DNA of 64,000 nucleotides from Trypanosoma brucei (Eukaryota): NCBI GenBank assembly GCA_000002445.1, contig AE017150.2, positions 544,001 to 608,000 of the forward strand, read 5' to 3'. Shown piece by piece: positions 55,642 to 64,000 of this stretch (position 1 is its first letter; each line of letters starts with the position of its first letter). The notes under the pieces were generated by a model. It saw only the letters and a program-made list of their open reading frames with translations, ran no database searches and was not told where the DNA came from. The position numbers and the translations under genes were made by a program.

Positions 55642-56052
55642 TTGAAGCATCCACCTCTCACACTGTACGTCATCATGGCTGGCGTGCTTCATGAAACTGC
55701 CACAACCGTATCATACAGGGGAGCGCTATGCAAATTAGCAGGTGTTGAGCTACAAGGGATTAATTTATCACCACCTCAAAGGCTGTGCCACTTGGGGTTG
55801 CTGATCAGTCGTGAGATCAACTGGCTGGCAGCAGTCCTCGAGGAATGGGAAGAAAAATATATGCTTTTGACATGTGTGCCGTACCGTGGTGTTGTGGACG
55901 CGTTTACAACCCTGCTCAGGACAATTAAGCGGCACCTGGAGACAGAGAACAGTTCAAAGGACAATGAAAAGGAGTGGGATGCGTTGCTGGCTTCTAGCAT
56001 TACTGAATTTCAGGTGGAGGTTATGGAAATCGGAAAGGGTAAGAGTTACTAG
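55642..56052 (+). CDS. conserved hypothetical small protein, array copy 2
   Basis: Repeat of 52098..52508, shifted by 3544 bp. Confidence 0.45.
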   Translation: MKHPPLTLYVIMAGVLHETATTVSYRGALCKLAGVELQGINLSPPQRLCHLGLLISREINWLAAVLEEWEEKYMLLTCVPYRGVVDAFTTLLRTIKRHLETENSSKDNEKEWDALLASSITEFQVEVMEIGKGKSY

Positions 56053-57593
56053 CATTTTTTTCTTTTCTTCCTAAATGGACATTTAACTTTTTTTCCTCTT
56101 TTTTTTACGGTGGTATATCCTCTTTTTTTGTCACCCAATGGTTAAATTACCATGCGGTGACAAAACAAAGACTCGGTTTTTAAACTCATTGAGAATAATA
56201 GAGTACGCATACCTAAAAAAAAGTGTATGCGGAGTGGATTATGTATTCTCATGAAATCAATCATTCAAGTATCTAATGCAAAGCGCAAACAACTGGACGA
56301 CGGAAATTTTTTTAATTTTTGCGGTGCCTCTATAAATAACTCCTTCACTAACCGTTATTGCTCGACGTAGCATCACTAGGTAAACCTTTACGCGTTCGTC
56401 TGCTTTGAATGCACTAGTTCATACAGCTCCCTAAAGTCTAACTCCGTCTCAACTCTTTCCCCACTCTTACACATCGAATAGTCTTTGGCAAAATACAAAC
56501 CTTTGGGAGTCACACCTCCACAAGAAATTAGTTATAGCTAGCCTTCCCCCACTGCCCACATTATGCATCCTTATCAATTGCCTCGGCTGATAACTTAAAT
56601 TGACAGCGTAATTGAACTATCCGTCTCTGTTATGAGTCCCTGATGGCAGTACTCGTGGTTTCCATAGGAGGGGGAACGATCCGTCCGAATAATCCAAATT
56701 TGAGGGGTTAAAGGGTAGTAAAATACATTACTTTCATCAGATGAAGAACACACGAAATGACTTAAGGGTGCGAGAGTGGCATTCTGAACCTGTAAAATGT
56801 GTACCTTGCCTGCTTCTTCATGCCATGAAGTGTAAATATATCCCAAACATTCAAGTCTGCTTTGTCGATATATTTGTCACAGAAGTGTAGTAGGTTACAT
56901 GGTCTGTGTGAACTGGGGATCGAAAGCTCTCAGGTGGCAATGCTTGGCGGTGTAATGTATGCATGGCCGCAGTGTTGAATACCATTCCTTATATCTACTC
57001 GATGAGTTCAGTTTTGGCGAATTAGCCTATGATTGTGTCTTCGATGTTTTATCTCGGGGTTTAGTAGAGGTGGACACATATAAAGTTATGGGGGCGGCTG
57101 TTACCTGTGGGAGTCCTATTATAAAGTGGTAAGTACTGTGCCTCTTTTATGGGTGCTGTCAGACAAGCATTTTGTTTTGTGTGGAGACGGACTTTCCTCC
57201 ATTTGCTTTGGAGGGACGATTTAAGTCACTGCTGGTTTCTGTTGTGCAATAGAAACGCGAGAGGCAAAGTGTGTCTGTTGAAGTGTGATTATTCTTTTTG
57301 GGGCGTCTTCATTACCGGGATGTTGGGAATGCTGATTACTGCTGTTTCCACTGTAGTGAGGCGAATAAACAGCTGCAAGTGTGTTTCGGATCCCTTTAGT
57401 TTTTAGTAAATCCTTTTCCGAATATGTGAATACCAAGCATACACATGCGCGTTTAGTTGCCAGCTAATATTTGTAACTCTGGATATTTCACAACTTGGGT
57501 ATGTATGTAACATTGTAAATTGCTTTGCTTCTTTTGCAAAATAATTTGTGGAAGAGTTCTTGATAAGACTGAAAGGTGGAATAATATAAAAAA

Positions 57594-58904
57594 ATGATGA
57601 AGTATTTGCTGGTATTTGCAATTATTGCCACAAGAATCTCTGTGTTGTTGGCGACTAATGGTGGAGATAAACATGTGAAAGCTAACAAGAAGTTGACGAA
57701 AGAGGGAGCAGCGGCACTCTGTAAAATGAAGCATCTTGCTGATAAAGTTGCAGAGGAGAGATCACAAGAGTTGAAGGATAGAACTCAAAATTTTGCTGGT
57801 TATATAGAGTTCGAGTTGTATAGAATAGATTATTGGTTGGAAAAGCTGAACGGTCCGAAGGGGCGAAAAGACGGTTATGCTAAGCTGTCTGACTCTGATA
57901 TAGAAAAAGTAAAGGAGATATTCAACAAGGCAAAAGATGGAATAACTAAGCAACTCCCTGAGGCAAAGAAAGCCGGTGAGGAAGCTGAAAAACTACACAC
58001 CGAAGTGAAGAAGGCCGCGAAGAATGCACGCGGAGTGAGGTTAAGTGAAGGAACGAACTCTAGTGGCCTTTACAGGATTTTGGATTGGTATTGTTTTAAA
58101 GAAGGGGAGAATGCGGGTAAGAGCGACAACTGTGATGGCGTCAAGTTCAGCGTGCATTACGAAACGCACAGAAGAAGGAATGTTATTGACTGCAGCAGCA
58201 CCGGCTATGAGGAGAATTATGATTGGTCTGCGAACGCGCTGCAGGTGGCCCTAAATAGCTGGGAGAATGTGAAGCCAAAAAAATTGGAGTCAGCCGGGTC
58301 GGACATGAATTGCAACATCGGCCAATCTTCCGAGAGCCATCCATGCACCATGACAGAGGAGTGGCAGACTCCATACAAGGAAACTGTCGAAAAGCTAAGG
58401 GAACTTGAGGATGCGTACCAAAGGGGAAAGAAGGCTCATGATGCTATGTTGGGTTACGCTAATACCGCATATGCTGTGAACACGAAAGTGGAACAGGAAA
58501 AGCCGCTGACAGAGGTGATAGCGGCAGCCAAGGAAGCAGGGAAAAAGGGCGCGAAAATTATAATACCCGCAGCTGCCCCAGCAACACCGACTAACAGCAC
58601 AAAAAATGAAGATAGTGCTTCAACCGAGCATGTTGATAGAGGGATTGCAACAAATGAAACACAGGTGGAAGTTGGTATTGATGCTGACTTTGATAGTCTC
58701 CTAGATGCCACAGAGGCTGCAGAGGTAACGCGTAGACATCAGAGAACAGCAATGATTATATTGGCAGTCCTTGTACCTGCCATTATTCTTGTGGTTACGG
58801 CCTTTGCATTCTTCATAATGGTGAAACGAAGGAGGAATAGCTCCAAGGATGTGGACACCGGAAAAGCGGAGGGTGGGGTTTCTAGCGTAAAAGTAGTAAT
58901 GTAG
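57594..58904 (+). CDS. ISG65: ISG65-like type-I membrane glycoprotein, copy 2
   Basis: Same architecture as 54050..55360, 436 aa. It differs from copy 3 at only about 5 residues. Confidence 0.75.
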   Translation: MMKYLLVFAIIATRISVLLATNGGDKHVKANKKLTKEGAAALCKMKHLADKVAEERSQELKDRTQNFAGYIEFELYRIDYWLEKLNGPKGRKDGYAKLSDSDIEKVKEIFNKAKDGITKQLPEAKKAGEEAEKLHTEVKKAAKNARGVRLSEGTNSSGLYRILDWYCFKEGENAGKSDNCDGVKFSVHYETHRRRNVIDCSSTGYEENYDWSANALQVALNSWENVKPKKLESAGSDMNCNIGQSSESHPCTMTEEWQTPYKETVEKLRELEDAYQRGKKAHDAMLGYANTAYAVNTKVEQEKPLTEVIAAAKEAGKKGAKIIIPAAAPATPTNSTKNEDSASTEHVDRGIATNETQVEVGIDADFDSLLDATEAAEVTRRHQRTAMIILAVLVPAIILVVTAFAFFIMVKRRRNSSKDVDTGKAEGGVSSVKVVM

Positions 58905-59218
58905 ACTCACCTTCACTCTTAGACAAATGTGCAGTTTTTTTTTTTTAAACAGCGAGTGTAAATAAGGAAAACCAAAGAGAATAAAAATGATAATGAGTTG
59001 AATGAAAGTATATAGATTCATGAGATAAGGAAGAAGGTCTAGCAGCCTTTTCGTTGTTTTTGTTTTGTGGTAATACCTTACCTATATTTTTTTTAAAAAT
59101 AAAGAATTGACACAATAGAGTAAATATTTTCGCTTGAAGAAGCCGTTGTTGATTTTCTCTTCCATTTGTAAATTCAGCTGATCGTTTAAAGCATCTATCT
59201 CTCACACTGTACGTCATC

Positions 59219-59596
59219 ATGGCTAGCATGCTTCATGAAACTGCCACAACCGTATCATACAGGGGAGCGCTATGCAAATTAGCAGGTGTTGAGCTACAAG
59301 GGATTAATTTATCACCACCTCAAAGGCTGTGCCACTTGGGGTTGCTGATCAGTCGTGAGATCAACTGGCTGGCAGCAGTCCTCGAGGAATGGGAAGAAAA
59401 ATATATGCTTTTGACATGTGTGCCGTACCGTGGTGTTGTGGACGCGTTTACAACCCTGCTCAGGACAATTAAGCGGCACCTGGAGACAGAGAACAGTTCA
59501 AAGGACAATGAAAAGGAGTGGGATGCGTTGCTGGCTTCTAGCATTACTGAATTTCAGGTGGAGGTTATGGAAATCGGAAAGGGTAAGAGTTACTAG
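59219..59596 (+). CDS. conserved hypothetical small protein, array copy 3 (upstream start lost, begins at the internal Met)
   Basis: It is in frame with, and collinear to, 52131..52508. The upstream segment carries a TAA where the other copies read through. Confidence 0.45.
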   Translation: MASMLHETATTVSYRGALCKLAGVELQGINLSPPQRLCHLGLLISREINWLAAVLEEWEEKYMLLTCVPYRGVVDAFTTLLRTIKRHLETENSSKDNEKEWDALLASSITEFQVEVMEIGKGKSY

Positions 59597-61139
59597 CATT
59601 TTTTTTCTTTTCTTCCTAAATGGACATTTAACTTTTTTTCCTCTTTTTTTTACGGTGGTATATCCTCTTTTTTTGTCACCCAATGGTTAAATTACCATGC
59701 GGTGACAAAACAAAGACTCGGTTTTTAAACTCATTGAGAATAATAGAGTACGCATACCTAAAAAAAAGTGTATGCGGAGTGGATTATGTATTCTCATGAA
59801 ATCAATCATTCAAATATCTAATGCAAAGCGCAAACAACTGTACGACGGAAATTTTTTTAATTTTTGCGGTGCCTCTATAAATAACTCCTTCACTAACCGT
59901 TATTGCTCGACGTAGCATCACTAGGTAAACCTTTACGCGTTCGTCTGCTTTGAATGCACTAGTTCATACAGCTCCCTAAAGTCTAACTCCGTCTCAACTC
60001 TTTCCCCATTCTTACACATTGAATAGTCTTCGACAAAATACAAACCCTTGGGAGTCACACCTCCACAAGAAATTAGTTATAGCTAGCCTTCCCCCACTGC
60101 CCACATTATGCATCCTTATCAATTGCCTCGGCTGATAACTTAAATTGACAGCGTAATTGAACTATCCGTCTCTGTTATGAGTCCCTGATGGCAGTACTCG
60201 TGGTTTCCATAGGAGGGGGAACGATCCGTCCGAATAATCCAAATTTGAGGGGTTAAAGGGTAGTAAAATACATTACTTTCATCGGATGAAGAACACACGA
60301 AATGACTTAAGGGTGCGAGAGTGGCATTCTGAACCTGTAAAATGTGTACCTTGCCTGCTTCTTCATGCCATGAAATGTAAATATATCCCAAACATTCAAG
60401 TCTGCTTTGTCGATATATTTGTCACAGAAGTGTAGTAGGTTACATGGTCTGTGTGAACTGGGGATCGAAAGCTCTCAGGTGGCAATGCTTGGCGGTGTAA
60501 TGTATGCATGGCCGCAGTGTTGAATACCATTCCTTATATCTACTCGATGAGTTCAGTTTTGGCGAGTTAGCCTATGATTGTGTCTTCGATGTTTTATCTC
60601 GGGGTTTAGTAGAGGTGGACACATATAAAGTTATGGGGGCGGCTGTTACCTGTGGGAGTCCTATTATAAAGTGGTAAGTACTGTGCCTCTTTTATGGGTG
60701 CTGTCAGACAAGCATTTTGTTTTGTGTGGAGACGAACTTTCCTCCATCTGCTTTGGAGGGACGATTTAAGTCACTGCTGGTTTCTGTTGTGCAATAGAAA
60801 CGCGAGAGGCAAAGTGTGTCTGTTGGAGTGCGATAATTCTTTTTGGGTGCGTCTTCATTACCGGGATGTTGGGAATGCTGATTACTGCTGTTTCCACTGT
60901 AGTGAGGCGAATAAACAGCTGCAAGTGTGTTTCGGATCCCTTTAGTTTTTAGTAAATCCTTTTCCGAATATGTGAATACCAAGCATACACATACGCAATA
61001 ATTTCCAAGCTAATATTTGTAACTCTGGATCTTTCACAACTTGGGTATGTATGTAACATTGTAAATTGCTTTGCTTCTTTTGCAAAATAATTTGTGGAAG
61101 AGTTCTTGATAAGACTGAAAGGTGGAATAATATAAAAAA

Positions 61140-62450
61140 ATGATGAAGTATTTGCTGGTATTTGCAATTATTGCCACAAGAATCCCTGTGTTGTTGGCGA
61201 CTAATGGTGGAGATAAACATGTGAAAGCTAACAAGAAGTTGACGAAAGAGGGAGCAGCGGCACTCTGTAAAATGAAGCATCTTGCTGATAAAGTTGCAGA
61301 GGAGAGATCACAAGAGTTGAAGGATAGAACTCAAAATTTTGCTGGTTATATAGAGTTCGAGTTGTATAGAATAGATTATTGGTTGGAAAAGCTGAACGGT
61401 CCGAAGGGGCGAAAAGACGGTTATGCTAAGCTGTCTGACTCTGATATAGAAAAAGTAAAGGAGATATTCAACAAGGCAAAAGATGGAATAGCTAAGCAAC
61501 TCCCTGAGGCAAAGAAAGCCGGTGAGGAAGCTGAAAAACTACACACCGAAGTGAAGAAGGCCGCGAAGAATGCACGCGGAGTGAGGTTAAGTGAAGGAAC
61601 GAACTCTAGTGGCCTTTACAGGATTTTGGATTGGTATTGTTTTAAAGAAGGGGAGAATGCGGGTAAGAGCGACAACTGTGATGGCGTCAAGTTCAGCGTG
61701 CATTACGAAACGCACAGAAGAAGGAATGTTATTGACTGCAGCAGCACCGGCTATGAGGAGAATTATGATTGGTCTGCGAACGCGCTGCAGGTGGCCCTAA
61801 ATAGCTGGGAGAATGTGAAGCCAAAAAAAGTGGAGTCAGCCGGGTCGGACATGAATTGCAACATCGGCCAATCTTCCGAGAGCCATCCGTGCACCATGAC
61901 AGAGGAGTGGCAGACTCCATACAAGGAAACTGTCGAAAAGCTAAGGGAACTTGAGGATGCGTACCAAAGGGGAAAGAAGGCTCATGATGCTATGTTGGGT
62001 TACGCTAATACCGCATATGCTGTGAACACGAAAGTGGAACAGGAAAAGCCGCTGACAGAGGTGATAGCGGCAGCCAAGGACGCAGGGAAAAAGGGCGCGA
62101 AAATTATAATACCCGCAGCTGCCCCAGCAACACCGACTAACAGCACAAAAAATGAAGATAGTGCTTCAACCGAGCATGTTGATAGAGGGATTGCAACAAA
62201 TGAAACACAGGTGGAAGTTGGTATTGATGCTGACTTTGATAGTCTCCTAGATGCCACAGAGGCTGCAGAGGTAACGCGTAGACATCAGAGAACAGCAATG
62301 ATTATATTGGCAGTCCTTGTACCTGCCATTATTCTTGTGGTTACGGCCGTTGCATTCTTCATAATGGTGAAACGAAGGAGGAATAGCTCCAAGGATGTGG
62401 ACACCGGAAAAGCGGAGGGTGGGGTTTCTAGCGTAAAAGTAGTAATGTAG
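61140..62450 (+). CDS. ISG65: ISG65-like type-I membrane glycoprotein, copy 3
   Basis: 436 aa, near-identical to copy 2. The signal peptide is a mosaic (RIPVLLATNGG). Confidence 0.75.
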   Translation: MMKYLLVFAIIATRIPVLLATNGGDKHVKANKKLTKEGAAALCKMKHLADKVAEERSQELKDRTQNFAGYIEFELYRIDYWLEKLNGPKGRKDGYAKLSDSDIEKVKEIFNKAKDGIAKQLPEAKKAGEEAEKLHTEVKKAAKNARGVRLSEGTNSSGLYRILDWYCFKEGENAGKSDNCDGVKFSVHYETHRRRNVIDCSSTGYEENYDWSANALQVALNSWENVKPKKVESAGSDMNCNIGQSSESHPCTMTEEWQTPYKETVEKLRELEDAYQRGKKAHDAMLGYANTAYAVNTKVEQEKPLTEVIAAAKDAGKKGAKIIIPAAAPATPTNSTKNEDSASTEHVDRGIATNETQVEVGIDADFDSLLDATEAAEVTRRHQRTAMIILAVLVPAIILVVTAVAFFIMVKRRRNSSKDVDTGKAEGGVSSVKVVM

Positions 62451-62729
62451 ACTCACCTTCACTCTTAGACAAATGTGCAGTTTTTTTTTTAAACAGCGAG
62501 TGTAAATAAGGAAAACCAAAGAGAATAAAAATGATAATGAGTTGAATAAAAGTATATAGATTCATGAGATAAGGAAGAAGGTCTAGCAGCCTTTTCGTTG
62601 TTTTTGTTTTGTGGTAATACCTTACCTATATTTTTTTTAAAAATAAAGAATTGACACAATAGAGTAAATATTTTCGCTTGAAGAAGCCGTTGTTGATTTT
62701 CTCTTCCATTTGTAAATTCAGCTGATCGT

Positions 62730-63140
62730 TTGAAGCATCCATCTCTCACACTGTACGTCATCATGGCTGGCGTGCTTCATGAAACTGCCACAACCGTATC
62801 ATACAGGGGAGCGCTATGCAAATTAGCAGGTGTTGAGCTACAAGGGATTAATTTATCACCACCTCAAAGGTTGTGTCAGTTGGAGTTGCTGATCAGTCGT
62901 GAGATCAACTGGCTGGCAGCAGTCCTCGAGGAATGGGAAGAAAAATATATGCTCTTCACATGTGTGCCGTACCGTGGTGTTGTGGACGCGTTTACAACCC
63001 TGCTCAGGACAATTAAGCGGCACCTGGAGACAGAGAACAGTTCAAAGGACAATGAAAAGGAGTGGGATGCGTTGCTGGCTTCTAGCATTACTGAATTTCA
63101 GGTGGAGGTTATGGAAATCGGAAAGGGTAAGAGTTACTAG
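62730..63140 (+). CDS. conserved hypothetical small protein, array copy 4
   Basis: Repeat of 52098..52508. It shares the QLEL/LFTC variants with copy 1 rather than with copies 2 and 3. Confidence 0.45.
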   Translation: MKHPSLTLYVIMAGVLHETATTVSYRGALCKLAGVELQGINLSPPQRLCQLELLISREINWLAAVLEEWEEKYMLFTCVPYRGVVDAFTTLLRTIKRHLETENSSKDNEKEWDALLASSITEFQVEVMEIGKGKSY

Positions 63141-64000
63141 CATTTTTTTCTTTTCTTCCTAAATGGACATTTAACTTTTTTTCCTCTTTTTTTTACGGTG
63201 GTATATCCTCTTTTTTTGTCACCCAATGGTTAAATTACCATGCGGTGACAAAACAAAGACTCGGTTTTTAAACTCATTGAGAATAATAGAGTACGCATAC
63301 CTAAAAAAAAGTGTATGCGGAGTGGATTATGTATTCTCATGAAATCAATCATTCAAATATCTAATGCAAAGCGCAAACAACTGTACGACGGAAATTTTTT
63401 TAATTTTTGCGGTGCCTCTATAAATAACTCCTTCACTAACCGTTATTGCTCGACGTAGCATCACTAGGTAAACCTTTACGCGTTCGTCTGCTTTGAATGC
63501 ACTAGTTCATACAGCTCCCTAAAGTCTAACTCCGTCTCAACTCTTTCCCCACTCTTACACATCGAATAGTCTTTGGCAAAATACAAACCTTTGGGAGTCA
63601 CACCTCCACAAGAAATTAGTTATAGCTAGCCTTCCCCCACTGCCCACATTATGCATCCTTATCAATTGCCTCGGCTGATAACTTAAATTGACAGCGTAAT
63701 TGAACTATCCGTCTCTGTTATGAGTCCCTGATGGCAGTACTCGTGGTTTCCATAGGAGGGGGAACGATCCGTCCGAATAATCCAAATTTGAGGGGTTAAA
63801 GGGTAGTAAAATACATTACTTTCATCAGATGAAGAACACACGAAATGACTTAAGGGTGCGAGAGTGGCATTCTGAACCTGTAAAATGTGTACCTTGCCTG
63901 CTTCTTCATGCCATGAAATGTAAATATATCCCAAACATTCAAGTCTGCTTTGTCGATATATTTGTCACAGAAGTGTAGTAGGTTACATGGTCTGTGTGAA

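Larger units (their letters stand above)
51975..64000 (+). repeat. head-to-tail tandem array with a period of about 3544 bp and at least 3.4 units; it runs off the window edge
   Basis: Identical landmarks recur at +3544, +3544 and +3545 bp (ISG65 starts at 54050, 57594 and 61140; small ORFs at 52098, 55642, 59186 and 62730). Similarity to the upstream sequence starts abruptly near 51975 (ggtaatacc ttacctatat). Confidence 0.9.

Noticed and set aside
1..64000. Prokaryotic-style novel defence or biosynthetic system, as the prompt suggests
   Set aside because: Gene structure, the spliced-leader-type polypyrimidine spacers and the protein set (ARPC4, PPR, mitochondrial carrier, DPH7, and the Pol III RPC82-like and Nop14-like candidates) are plainly eukaryotic (kinetoplastid). 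There are no operons, RBS signals, or defence-gene motifs.

Overview
This 64 kb window reads as a trypanosomatid nuclear segment, most likely Trypanosoma brucei chromosome 2 (my judgement from gene content and order). All convincing genes lie on the + strand, as expected for a single polycistronic transcription unit. Genes are separated by pyrimidine-rich, low-complexity intergenic regions with many (GT)n, (TA)n and (CT)n microsatellites, which fit trans-splicing and polyadenylation signals rather than promoters. I see no prokaryotic-style operons, CRISPR arrays or defence islands. Protein motifs support a FAD2-type oleate desaturase with three histidine boxes, a large PPR protein, ARPC4, DPH7/WDR85, an SLC35-like transporter, a mitochondrial carrier and an SFT2-like vesicle protein. 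Weaker matches suggest HSP78, an RNA polymerase III RPC82-like subunit and a Nop14-like protein. The most striking structure is at the 3' end, from about 51975 to the window edge. It is a head-to-tail tandem array with a period of about 3544 bp. Each unit carries a conserved small ORF plus a 436-aa type-I membrane glycoprotein gene whose size, signal peptide, single C-terminal TM and lysine-rich tail match invariant surface glycoprotein ISG65. The three complete ISG65 copies are nearly identical except for two sharply bounded divergent blocks in copy 1, and polymorphisms are shared between units in a patchwork, which suggests gene conversion. Other points worth a second look are a 5 kb ORF-free region rich in microsatellites (36.5 to 41.6 kb), a roughly 3.5 kb complex but ORF-less stretch just upstream of the array, and a 1032-aa coiled-coil protein with an in-frame 216-bp tandem duplication at its C-terminus. 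All identifications rest on reading the translated ORFs by eye; no database searches were run.
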